Shown here: piece by piece, positions 26,232 to 39,086 of the stretch
Layout: every line of letters starts with the position of its first letter
Position numbering within the stretch: the stretch's first letter is position 1
Origin: Blasia pusilla
Taxonomy: Eukaryota
Length of the DNA stretch: 64,000 bases
NCBI GenBank assembly: GCA_050084515.1
Contig: CM114271.1
Location: forward strand, 36,704,001 to 36,768,000
Direction: 5' to 3'
Position numbers and translations under genes: made by a program
Notes under the pieces: model-generated
Told to the model about the DNA's origin: nothing
Databases searched by the model: none
What the model saw: only the letters and a program-made list of their open reading frames with translations

Positions 26232-27539
26232 CCTTGAAACTCATCCTCCAAGCCCACACTTGGTTCGCTTTTGGCCTACGTCCCACAAACCCCACGAGGA
26301 TACATGGCGGTCGGTCATTCGTTGAGGCTAAGTGCAAACTCACCTCCCCCATTCCTAACTCCAAAAATGGGTTTAAAACAAAAATCCATAAGCAAAGGCT
26401 GCACAAGTGGAGCCTAAAATGCTCATAAGTGGATGATTAGGCCCTAAAGAATCCATACTTCATATTTTCCTCCTTTTTTCTTTGAGAGCACGATTAGTTT
26501 TGGATTAGGATCCAAATTATATTAGTGTTTTGAGAGTTTAGGGCTTTCAAGGTTGCTAGGAATTTTGGGGAAATCTATTGCGTGCCTTTTGGGGATAGTT
26601 AGGTTTTGTTTGTTTGCGCTTCTTCTTATGTCTTAAATAAATTCTAATTTATTCCACATTAGGTGAGAGGTTGTGAGTGTGGAATTATCTTATGTCACTA
26701 AATTTTTTGGTATTTTTGAGATTTTTGATTCAAAATCTCGAGTTGAGATTTGTTTCATTGCCTTTCCTTAAAACATTGGGATATGGAGATTATTAAAGAA
26801 ACTTATCAAATCGTGCATATATTTCCTTTGAGTGCTAGACCCTAAACCTAGATCCCACATTCTATCATTCATGTTTATGTAGACGGATCGAGCCATTCTT
26901 GTAGCATCGCCAATTATTATCTTTTCGGTACTTCCTAATCTCCACCTTAAGTTTTCTTTCATTGATTGTGTAGGAAATCTTCCTATCTTCTCTCTCCAAG
27001 CTATATGTTTAGTGCCTTTAAGTCTTCGCGGGTGGGAGATAACCGAATGGAGTCGAGTAATTGTTTCAAGAGACAAGATTCAATTTGAGAAATAACTTCA
27101 ATAGCGTTATAAGAGAGGTATGACTAGACTTGTTTTTCCAACTTTCATTAAAGAAGTGATGATCCTACATTCCAAGGGGTATGGGACCGTATGGATGGTT
27201 TCCATGTCATTGACTACACCTTGCAAAATATTGCAAAGATTGTCTATGAGCGTTTCAAAGCCATAGAACTGGGAAGTTAATGCCAAATGGGCTGAGAGGT
27301 AAAGTGCATTTTGTGCACAACAAAGCACTAGCTTGGAGAGAGCGCATGTCGATCCCAAGACATACAAGAAGAGGAAGCCCATTGTTGCACACACAACTCT
27401 ACAAGAAAAATTATTTGTAGAGTTAAAAAAAATACTCAACGTCTTTTTAAGGGATGTAACAATTTGATGGGGAAGGTATTAGTAGTTTCACCTAGATGTA
27501 TGTGGATTTTTAACAAGGATGTAGCAGTAGGATCCTAAG

Positions 27540-28700
27540 GATACTTTGGGCTCAGGTTTATATATTATCATGTATCATTGTAAAATAAACCAAACCCTTG
27601 GCTTTAGTGAAAATATTTACTATTACATGAAGATGTTTAAGGAAGTATCTTGCTTATATTCAATACAATAAGTGATGCATGAGGATATGTTTGTGAGAAA
27701 ACACAATGTGATAAAATCACTGAAATATGTTACAAATCTTTGAGATACAAAGTGGCCTAGTCCGTCCGTGCGCTCAAAGAAGAGATTGGATGGAATTTGA
27801 ACATGGAGATAACTCGACATACAAGAATGTGCTACTGCCGCGGCTTCCGACTATTTCACCACTTTAGAAACTTAGGTTTTTTACGTATTTTTCTTCGTTT
27901 CTATTAATAGAAAATTTATGCATGAGGGTGTGAGGCACTCTGCTATAATATAGGGTTAGATAAACCTAGTAATGCTACTCCATAAATCACCTACGTCATA
28001 TTCCTACGACTCTTTCGACGTCTAAGTCGGAACCATCAATCTAGGCTTCTCTTCATATAAGGGTTCCGATCAGATTAATAATGTTAGGAGGAGTAGATTT
28101 TGAGAATCCAACAATGTTTGCTACTATTTTATATTGAGGAATGGTTTCTATGACGGGAAGGTTGATCAAGGATCTATTACGTGCCATCTTTCCATATCGG
28201 AATGGTGGGCACCTTAAAAATTGAATGCGGGCATGTTGTAACTTGAAGAACAAAGGGGCGAGTTTAGGAAAGTTTCAAAAGATTAGATATCTTGCAATGG
28301 CATCAAATGTCATCCATCTTGTGGTTGCCGTGCTTGTTATCATAGAGACTGTCCAAAAGTGTGGAGTTTTTCATACTGACCTTCATGCTGGGAACATTTT
28401 CATCCATTTTGGATCCAACTCTAAGCCATCCATTGGGGTTGAAGATTGGGGAAATGCTTTATGAGATGATCAGTGCTTAGTCTTACCTCAAAGATGGTGG
28501 CCCCATGAACAAGAAAAGCATGTTGGGCACATAGCACCAGAGTTAATACTAGGGCCTAAGAATCTTCCTTTGAGCATTACCATATAAATCTACGCAATAG
28601 GAATGATTGTAAAATTTTTGAACTATATAACATACAACCTTGCTATCGGGAATGCCGTCTGCGGATGTTAGATGGACTTATTTGGAAATTATTAAAAAGT
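27540..28700 (+). pseudogene. Divergent protein kinase pseudogene split by a solo LTR
   Basis: Motifs in order: LGSGLY (G-loop), YYMK, [solo LTR], FPYRNGG, HTDLHAGNI, DWG, HIAPE, IYAIG. Contains stops. Confidence 0.7.
27692..28113 (-). mobile_element. Solo LTR, copia family 1
   Basis: TGTGAG...CCAACA with perfect 5-bp TSD ATGTT (27687-27691 and 28114-28118). Confidence 0.96.
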
Positions 28701-28819
28701 GGATATAAGCTTCAAACTCCTCTAATCGCAAAATCGCAAAAAGCCTAGAGTTCATTATTGCTAACTAGTTGGTGCCCTTATTATGCCCATATGTATAATT
28801 TTGAATTACCCATACTAAG

Positions 28820-29084
28820 GCTCGTGCCTATTCATCCTCGGATTAGGTCATGGAGGGTGAGAATTGAGTTAAGCAGGGAGGGAAACTTGGGCAAAAGTGA
28901 GCATCCACATCCGGATTGAAACACATGAGATGCTATTTTGGAGGGAAAGAGTTGGCCATTGTGCAACAATCTACACTCATGAGAAAAAAAAGTATTCTTG
29001 TTCTACATGAGAATTTTGGAGCGGGATCATGGTTAACTAACCCAACATCAGGTTAGAAAACCCTGAGGATGAATAGGCGTGAGG
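28820..29084. mobile_element. 265-bp MITE (family B) with ~20-bp TIRs and 8-bp TSD
   Basis: GCTCGTGCCTATTCATCCTC...GAGGATGAATAGGCGTGAGG; flanks ATACTAAG/ATACTAAG. Confidence 0.85.
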
Positions 29085-31394
29085 ATACTAAGTGTAAAAT
29101 TGAATTTAAGCGATCCTATTGGCTAAAATAGACAATAGAATAGTGTCAAAAGAAGAGGTGATCTCAAAATAAGGAGGCACTCTCCAATATTAATATAGAT
29201 ATAAGAGTAAGTGAAAAAATATTAGATGTAGATAATAAAGATTTGGAATTAAGATCATGTACATATGCTCATTTAGTGTATGGTAATGGGATTTTTGTTA
29301 GCGTGATAAGGTGACTAATAGTCATTATGCTTTGCAATCCATTCCTCACTTCGTTCAATTTTTGTTTCAATTGAAGCTTTCTAGCTTTTGTAGATGCAAA
29401 ATCATTGGCAAACTGATTGTTATTTAAATATATTGGATTACTTGCCTTGCGCATTTGTTCCAAGCACCAACATTCAAGTCTTTTGATTGACCTTTTGGTC
29501 TGGCCTCATTTCCTAGAACAAACTCTCATAGTTCTTGACTAATAAGAAATTATTTCTTGCGAAACTTCTAGACATTGTCATTTTGCTTATCTAACTTCTT
29601 GCCTTTGATTGTTGTTGAGGAATATTCCATTAAGAATGATATTACTCACAAAACGTAATTTGATGCTCTCACTTCTCTAATTGAAGCACAGATCATCCTT
29701 ACACAGAAATTGACCTTAAATTTTCCGTACCGAAGAACCGTATCAAAATTGGCTTATAAAGAGCAATTTGCACAACTTTCCTTTACTAATTGCAATTTCT
29801 TACACTAAGTTTGCTATTGTAGGAGCTCCGAATGTCAGAATCAAACAATTTTGGATACGTACAAAAGATTTAGATGAGCTCTACTAAGAAAACATAATTG
29901 ATTGGATACGACTCTCACATTCACACGCCACCATGGAGAACAAAATTTTGCAATGAGAGGACGAGTGGAGGCTGGCTTCCTTTCAAAATAAAATTTTGGC
30001 GTTGGAGGTAGCTCATCATTTCTCTGACAATATTTTCAGACATTGGGATTTGCCAAGTGTGTTAATATGTCCCTTGAGATTTTTTTGAGCTTGGTTTGAT
30101 CTCAATTTTTATGGAAAAATTGTAAGGAGATTACATATAAGTGTAACAGGTTTCATTTCAACATCATCTTCTTGGATAACATGAAACATGGCCATTTCTT
30201 TCTTCAAAAGGAGATTTTTTAATTCAAAATCCGCCAATATTGGGATGAAGAAAATTCAAGAAAATAAAACAAATAAAATTTTTGAATAAGGTATAAATTT
30301 TTCATTTCATACTTTATTATGATTCCAATTCTCTTACTTGATAATACAATCCTTTTCCTAAATAGTTTTTTTCCCCTTTTATGTAAGGAGATATAAGAAG
30401 TTGAGATGGTTAAATTTAATAATAATAATAATAATTTATATACTTCTCTTGGTTTTATAATTTCAAAAAACACTTGGGATTTTTTTAATTCCAAAATTTA
30501 TGTTTATTCTAGATATGCCCTTAAGTTTGAGAGCTAAAAGAGTTAATTAGTGTTAGGGTATTATGTTTTTTGTCATTTCAATTTAAAATTCTTTAGTCTC
30601 AAATGAGAAAATTTCTTTACATGCCAAAGGTTTGTCTAAAGTGAATTTCGATGCTGAAAAAGATGGAATATTAAAAAATGATTTGTTGAGCAAAAGAAGG
30701 ATTAATTGGAGATTGAAACTCATATTCAAACACAAGTTGACCCTCTTTAGCCTTTTGTTCCTACACATGTATATGCACAAAATAAGTTGATAGGAACTTC
30801 TTAGATAGTTTAGAGGTGGAAGTAAAAGATGAAAACATCTACCTCGAATATTGTAAAGAGACCTTTGGAAATTCATGGCCGGGTTCCATCGATTTTTGAG
30901 ATATTTTTTGTAATTAAGATATGATAGATTAGATAGTGTTGATGTTCACCGGGGACGGCTCACAATTTAGGCGGGGGGTATATGTGATACCTACCTTTAC
31001 AAGAATTTTGAGAATTTTGGAGATTTCACAAATAAACTAGAATTTTTTTTACTTTCATACATCATAGAAGTAAAGAGGAATTAGATGTGACGAATGAAGA
31101 GGATTATTCATAGAGGATGACTTCCAAGGACAGGATGAAGATGTACGAAAAGACAAGGACTCATGTTAGAGGAAGAATCAAGGAAGAAGAAAAGGACTTT
31201 GGGAAAGAGAAGGAAAACAAAGACTTGAAATGTGAGGATGCTTCAAGAAGAAGATTTAAATTTTGTGAAACCTTTGAGAAGACTGGATTGGGTGTGTGAA
31301 ATGAAGAACTTAAAGAAAGACTCGAGAAGATCTTCACAAAGACTATAGAGTACTCACAAAGAAAGTAATAAAATAACAACAACATTTTAAAGAG

Positions 31395-33018
31395 GAAAAA
31401 ATTCAAAGAAATCAAACTTGGACTTTGGTTGAGAAGTCCAAGAACAAGAAGGTAATTCACACCAAGAGGATGTTCAAGACCAAGTGCAAGTTGGACAATA
31501 CATTGGATAAAATCAAAGCAAGGTTGGTTGCACAAGGTTGTTCATAGACAGAAGGTTTTGATTACCACAAGCCTTTTGCTCTTGCTATAAGGATGACAAA
31601 AATTTGAAAAACTCTAGTTGTGGCGAGAACAAGAATGTGGTTTGTATATCAATACGTTATGAAGTTTGCATTTCAAAATCAGAGTCTCAAGGAGGAGGTG
31701 TATGTATCTCAAGGTTTCATGGAAATGAACAAGTCCGTGCATGGGATGGACTTGTCCAAGGATAGGCTGCTCGGGTACCTGCGGCCTGCATTTGAGCTTG
31801 CCCGCCAAGCTTATTAATCTCGTAGCGGGTACCCGGGCTGTCTGAGTGTGTATGGCGGGCCTTGTATGTATGGATGAGCTTGCCATGCGAGCTCAACCAC
31901 GGACTTGGGCCCGTCCAATGGGAGCCTAGCCCGCCGTGGGCTTTTTCAAGGTGTGCATGTGGCACAAAATTGTTGCAGGCTCGGACAACTCGGGTGCCCG
32001 CTACACGCTCAGTGGACTGAGGGGTGGGGCATTCGGGGCTGGGTGTGGGCCTTGGGTGCCCAAGATGGCACAAACACGGACATGTTCACGGACATATATT
32101 TTGTCTGTGTGCAACCTTGATGTATCTCAACCACCAGGTTTTGAGACACTCAGATTAGAAGAGACAATATTTATACTTCATCAAGCATTTTCTAGGTTGG
32201 AAAAATCCCCTAGGATATGGTATCAACTAATGGACATTCCTTAGAGAACTGGGCCTCACTAAGAGTCCCTCAAAAGCAAATCTATATATGTTTTGCAAAG
32301 ATGGGATGTATGTGATAATCATCCTTCATGTGAAGGAATTGTTGAAGTTTGAGTTTGAAATGTTTGATTTAGATCTTTTGCATTACTTTATTAACCTTGA
32401 GATGTGATTTGGAAAAATTCGGGATCTTTTTGTTTTCTTAGCAAAAGTACACTAGAGAAATTTTGTAGGCATTTGGGATGATCGAGTGTAAGGAAGATGT
32501 ATAGAAGTCTAGTGGAAAGTTTGTTACTTTTGTGTAGCACAAGACAAGACATCAATTTTGATGTGAGCGTGTTGAGTAGGTTCTCAATTAAGCCTCGTGA
32601 GAACCATTGGAAGGCATGGATGCGTGTATATATCAAAGGCATTATCGACTATGGCATCACCTATGAATCAGGGATGAAGATTAGAGGCTTTTGTGCCTCG
32701 AATTGGGTAGGAGATTCAAATTCTAGGAGATATATTTTGGGTTATTGCTTTTTGATAAGATCAAGTGTGGTATCATGGATGAGCAAGAAGAAATCTATAG
32801 TGAAAAAAAATGAAGAAAATAGGTTAGAAACCATAGTTTCTCGAGTTGTTAAATAGTTGGGGAGTCGTAGCGGTAGCGTATTCTTGTATGTCAAGTTATC
32901 TCAATGTTTAGGTTCCATCAAAGCTTTGCATTGTGCACATAGACTAACTAGGAAACTTTTTTTTATTTTAAAGATTTATTATGTACTTCAGTGATTCATT
33001 CATATTTTATTTTCTCAG
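31395..33018 (+). mobile_element. Heavily decayed copia family 1 fragment (RT, part of RH, distal half of LTR)
   Basis: [16 protein letters not shown] interrupted by a MITE; RQDINFDVSVLSRFS; LTR-like sequence at ~32820-33018. Confidence 0.85.
31710..32119. mobile_element. hAT-like MITE family A
   Basis: TIRs CAAGGTTTCA...TGCAACCTTG; perfect 8-bp TSD ATGTATCT. Removing it restores the copia RT frame VYVSQPPG. Confidence 0.95.
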
Positions 33019-34699
33019 AGTTGGTCCAATGTTGAGACATGAGGTAGAGTTATATTTTCTCACTCGGTGAATGTTATACATGCATGGTTTCTTTCCCTAC
33101 ATCATGTTTTGGGCACTTTGTAATGCATTTTCTTGTGTTAATATCTGTGTGTTTAGTGAAAGGTCAGTCTAGTTTTACTTCATGAATCGAGAATCTGTCC
33201 TCAATCAAGATGTCGGACATATCTTAGCCTCTAAGGTCTGAAAGGAAGATGAAATGAATTATCGAGGTAGCCGAGGATTTTGCTTGATCTTTGTAATCAC
33301 CGTGGTGTTGCCGATTTTAGTGACATTCGATATCTAGGTGGCTTGAGGGGATTGGTGGCCAATATGGAAGAATTCTAAAGAGACTATGACGTTATGATCC
33401 CATTGTAGAGCAACTTCATTCAATGGCTCTTCCATATTATGAACGTAGTTTCTCTCTTTTGAATCAGAATTCAAATCGTACTTACACTCCATAGCGTATT
33501 TCTCATTTCAAACCCAATTCATAAGGCAAAGAAGATTATAGCTCACTCATTTCGTGGAATGAGGCTCAGAGAAAAGAAAATGAGTTTTGTAAGTCTCTCC
33601 TTGAGACGTACCTTCTCTAGCTTACCCTCCTTCCCAACCATAGTATAGGAAAGGACGTCGGAGGGTACCTTCCAAATGAAAAAGTCAATGGTGCCCAAAT
33701 TAAGGGACTTAGAGGAAAGAGCAAGTTCATCTTTATAGCCGCAAATACTTAAGGGTAACTCACGCACATAGGTTCCTCTCCTTCCCATAAACAACACTCA
33801 ATCAATCTAGGAGGATCTATACATGTATTTGCTAGGTATGCAGGTATGTTGCACAAATCTATATTATTATTGGAGAGGACCTTCTTGATTTGCAAACACT
33901 TGTCTATTCGACACGTGACGATTGATCAGCAAGAAAATGTTTCTCATACTATGGGCGATAAGAAAGAAAATTTGGATTTGTGTGCAATATAGTTTCCTTC
34001 ACTCGTGTGCATGGCACGGATTGTACACTGGTATTGTTTAGTTGGCATTAATACGTCGTGTGGAGGTGGTGGGGGTTCGTTGGCCTCCTCGTCCGTTCAC
34101 GTCCGACCAACCACTTGTGATCTTGTCAAATTTGTTTCAGGCTATCAATTGTGTGGCTCGTTGAGTTGATGTTTGGGTTAGCTAGTTGCCATTTTCTTTT
34201 TGCATTCTATTTTACATTTTTTTACTCCTATTTTGAGATGTTATTACCTTTCTTTGTCCTCTTTTGAAGTTTATTTTATAGAAAGTGGATATGAAATATA
34301 ATACAATACAAATGATATGAGTTTATGACAATCATAGAAAGGCGGGCTTTTCAAAGCTGGAAATACAAACAAGTAAGATAAAACTAAACCAAACTATTTG
34401 TAGAAAATTGATTTCCATTGCTTATACTTTCAAAGCGGGTGGAAAAAAAAGGGGGGGGGATTACGCTAGTTGTGGAGAAAAGCACAAGTGGCACAAGTGG
34501 TGGGGTCAACTCTAAGAAACGATGATTAACTCTAAAAAGGATTAAAGTAGTCACATGGTTACGATCGAAATCTGAAGCCGATCGATTCGGAAAAGCAAAG
34601 AAGTTGTGGGGTCAACTCTAATAATTTGACGATGGACTCGCGTGGAAATTCTGTCGATTGTACACGACTCAAATAGTTACCCAAAAGGCGATCGACGCG

Positions 34700-36080
34700 T
34701 TGTCTTTCGCTCCGTTAATGCCACCGTGCGATTCTATCACACGAATCAATCGATTACACTCTTAGAAGAGGCAGATCGACGGGTTGTTTAGGGCCAGGTA
34801 AAGGCAATCGGACCCAGCGTTTCCATCATGTACGCACTCGCGCTCAAACACAGCTATCTGTAAGCCTAGTCCTGACTTAGAATGTGCCAAGAATGTGCAC
34901 CAAACAACCTACATTCCCTCCATCCCTACGAGGTCTACGGAATCCACCCTCGTCACTGCCCAATCGTCGAGCAGGAAAAAGGGCCGACGCACATCCTGTG
35001 AAAATGAAAAGAGAGAGGGGAGACAGCCGCCTCTTGAGTCTTGAATGTTCATATCTCGATGGCGTTCCTCCCGTCCCCGTAGACGGCTCTGAAAAGCTCC
35101 TGCCGTCCATGTAAGGATGATGATGATGGATGGTCCCGTCCCCTAATTAGAGGACGTCAGAATCTGAGCCAGCAAAAGATCTGTTCTCCAGGTCTGGCTG
35201 CGGACAAGGCTGGCGGTCAAAGTTTAGCTGTGGCGTCGGCTTGGTGCTGTGGATCAGACACTCGCGGACGAGGAAGGTGCAACTGCCAGACCGGGACCTC
35301 GGTATCATGCAGATGACTGACAGTCTCGGTCCTATTTGGCACGTGTGTAGAGGCGTAAGTGGTCAAAGAAGGAGCGGGAGAAGGAGCATGGAGGTTATTT
35401 GTTGTTGTTTTCCGGTTCGTAGGAGGTGCTCGATGGAGAAGTAAATATTAGAGGCGTGGGCGGACGGGGTGTTACCTAAAGCATCGTCGTAGAGGTTCCG
35501 TAGATGTACAGACGAGGCCCATGAGTGTATGACAGTCTGACTGACCGATCAAAGTGGTGGTTTCTGTCCGGTTTCGGAGTGTTTACGAGACCGACAAGAG
35601 AGATCGACAGTGGAGACTATTGGGAGAGATCCGATTTTGCGAAGAAGTAGAGAGAGAACAACAACGGGACACGGAATGAGTAGGTTGGGAATGTAGCAGG
35701 TACCACTACTGTAGTGCGTGCCTCGGTTAGATGCAATCTAGTACTAGAGACGTCCATTGAACGGAAATACTCGTCTCGAGTCCAGGGTTTGAATTGTTCC
35801 GGTGATGGGCGCAAGAGAACCTATACAGGACAAGGACTACGCACGCTCGGTGGTGATGAGGACAAACTAGAACCAGAAATAGACGAGCATCCGTTCGAGT
35901 GGGCAGAATAACAGTACTGCAAACTGACAGCAAGCAGGACAGGAGGAGAGAGTAGAGCGAGGAGAGAGGAAGATGCCAACCAAGTGGGACCGCCGGGCAG
36001 CAGCTAAGCGGCACGACCACGGGGATGATAGCGGACAAGGCGCACTCGCACATTCGCTCGTTCGTCGTTATAGAGAGTGA
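34700..36080 (-). ncRNA. Candidate spliced non-coding (pri-miRNA-like) transcript; ends approximate
   Basis: Minus-strand TATAAAG at 36115-36109 and a CT-rich leader; fold-back at 35740-35918; donor AG|GTAAC at 35475; polypyrimidine-CAG acceptor at 34996; no convincing ORF. Confidence 0.4.
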
Positions 36081-38872
36081 AGAAGGAGGTCAGGTAATGT
36101 GTGTTTGTCTTTATAGAGAGAGAGAGAGGACTCAGAAGAGGGAGGTCAGGCGATGTGTGTGTGTGTGTGTACCTCAGACAGACCGACAGACGGCGGATCA
36201 CAGCAGAGCAGGCCGGCGTGAGAGGTGGGTGCAGTAGGCAGTACTAGGCACCCGTGATGATCCGACACTGCGAATGTTTAGCGCGCTCCAAGCATCGGGC
36301 ACGTGGGGCGGTTTGGACAGGCGATTCGCCTGTTGCCTTGAAACCAGAGCTTCTCTCGGCCAACTATTGCTAGCCGGTCTGTCAGTTTAGTGCAGAATGT
36401 AGATGCAGATTCTTTCGCAAGATCTCACCTAAGAGGCGGCGAGGCCAGCGTCGTGTCAATGCGCTGAATTGAAGTCTCCACCCCTGGCCCCGGGTGTTTA
36501 CAATGTTACCGCCTTCTTGGAAACCGAGATATGGCACGGGGATAACAAATAACAAAAAAGGTGTAATCAAATACAGCGAGGAATTCCGAAATTTTGGACA
36601 GCTAGGGGCACTTGGCAAGTTGGCCAGGCTTGGTATAACGCAGATTGCAACTGACCTGAACTCAACGAGAATTCGTACCAGCAGATTGACCACACAGAGG
36701 ATATTTGATTCTAATTGGACCAGTAGCGACATTTCCCGCATTGTTGTTTCCAGAGGTTCGATGGCACCGTACGAGCGCCGAAGATTTAGCCGGGATGGAT
36801 TTCTCCATATCGGGACCTGAAGGATTGGATTGAGACGCGCTTTCGAATCTGGCATCTGATTGTGCGTTTCAGTTTCCACTTTAATTTGAAGTGGTTGAAT
36901 AATATGGGAGATTTCAGTTGAGTCTCGTTTCATTTCGCACCTCACGTCTGTGGCTGATAAGGTTTACATACATACAGTTTAGCCTGTCCAACCAGGGTTT
37001 GGTATCTTCACCGTTACAACCGAAATATTTTACGAGTTGCTTTGCATCGTCAGCTGAGACGAGTCTCACTCCAACCCCTCCGGAATACACAAGAACTGGA
37101 TATAATCAATCGATAGGGAATGAAACGTCAAACTCTGTCACAGAAGCGATTGTTGCGATTCGTCCTTTCGGAGCACAAATCGGAGGTAAAAAGTAGCCGG
37201 GGCTAAAAGAGGATGCGACTGATCCTCCCGGTCGATCCATTTCAACATGAATCTGGCGGCGTAGTGTGCTAAGGAATTAGTGTATTTCTAGAGTTCCATT
37301 CGTTTCCATCCTGAACATTGCATTCACGTCCTTGACTTTCGTCGCGGGTGCAAGGAACAGCCTTCGCATTTTAGCTGCAGCTCATGACTCACCGACCAGG
37401 ATACCAGTCGGTGTTACGTAAACTCATCACGGATGCTATCAGAATTCTGTCGATAGTAGCCCGCTGCACCTCCAAGAGTCCAGAGAGCACATCCCCTCCG
37501 CTATCCCAGACTGTGAAACCATCGATCACTCTGGCAAACTGACAAGATGGCGAAGTCTCACGCCGCATCAGAACAAACTTCTTACACCTTATTAGGTTAT
37601 CTATGGAGAACCTTCCTGGGAGGAGGGGCACCTGCACATTCACAAGCGTTACGATTCTGGAAGATTCGGTCTAACTATCGAAGGTAACATGTTCCCGTTC
37701 GGTTTTCCCCTGGAGTCATATTACAAACTTTGACTTCAAAGAGTTTCTTTAATCTAAGACCCGACTGGCAGGGTCTGTGCGTCCCGGTAATTAAGTTAGG
37801 AATGAAAGGTAGTAAGGAAAACCCTGACTGGTGGAACAAAATCGGTCCCAGTTCCTCCAATTTCCCTGGCACCAAGACGGAGGTCGCGGAAGAGGAGTAT
37901 ACTCATGCCGAAAATTGTCGAAAGTTTTCAACAAGATCCTCATGAGATCTTCAGAGAGCGACGCGGGGGAGTTAGCCATTTAATGCTAAAAGCAGGTCTA
38001 GTCAGCGATCTTGATGGATGAGAGAGAGGAAGACCCCTATGATCATAATGAACAGCACAGAGAGAGTCATTTGCAGCACATGCGATTCGACCAAGCCGAA
38101 TACGAGGCGCCCTGAATGATGGCGAGGAGGATTATACTAAGATTATTTGGAGAGGAGCAGACTTTATGGTGGGTTCGGGTCGGGCCGCTCTGGCAGAGAT
38201 AGAGAGAGAGATGTGTGCTCTAAAGTACTTTTGTCTCTCAAGGTTTCTCAACGTCGATATACCACTGCGACACCAGACAGTGCACCAGACGAAGCATCTT
38301 CTTAAGCTGGCAAGCATGAGGCACGTGAACATCTCAAGCAGTCTATTCAGGTGTTGTTCCTTCATGCACTGCGTTAACATCGTTCTCTGACGAGACGAAA
38401 TATTCACAATGTTAATTATTAGTTATACCAACCCAGATTTGATTACGCTTAAGAAAACGGGTCCATCCACATCAGATGACGAGGACGAAATTCATAAAAT
38501 AACTGAGCACATTCGCATTATCACGCTTAACGTTAGGGGCGACAGTGCAACATCCGTAGACAGAGATGATGAAGAAGATAAGAATGGGAGGCGAACCAAG
38601 ACATGCGGTGCGTCTTTCACGAGGGCTAGGTGGCCCTTTGCCCAACTCTCTCAAGTGTCAATGTGTGTATGATGATTCCTTCCGCCGCTGCTACCTGTTC
38701 TCTGCGCTGTGCTGTTTTAGTCCCAGAACTCCCCCTCCCCGCCACCCGACTCTATTTGTCCATCACTCTGTGATTCTCGCTTTCGGCGCGGCTCGTAGCC
38801 CCTCCTCATCATTGTCTCAGCTCCCACCAAGAGCCAAAAACGCTCCAGAAAAGCGTGCGCGAAAGACATTCA

Positions 38873-39086
38873 GGAGTACACCCCTACATCGGCGTATATG
38901 ACTGCGCTTCCAAGTGGTCTGTGTGCGCGTCTTACATGGTAGGGCTCAACGAACGCCGAGTACCCCAAAGCCACAGTACTCCGGGAGTACACACCTACAT
39001 CGACGTATATGACTGCGTTTTCAAGTAGTCTGTGTGCGCGTCTTACATGGTAGGGCTCAACGAACGCCGAGTACACCAAAGGCCAC
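38873..39086. repeat. Tandem duplication, 111-bp period, 2 copies
   Basis: GGAGTACAC(C/A)CCTACATCG... starts at 38873 and 38984; CpGs retained. Confidence 0.95.

Noticed and set aside
31080-31340. E/K-rich coding-like stretch
   Set aside because: Purine-rich low-complexity sequence with stops and no assignable motif.
35040-35130. miR390 target (TAS3) or miRNA hairpin
   Set aside because: No adequate complementarity to miR390, and the hairpin is too short.
35727-36945. ORFs of 108 and 187 aa on the minus strand
   Set aside because: No recognisable domain; composition reflects low-complexity CT/GA leader or non-coding DNA.
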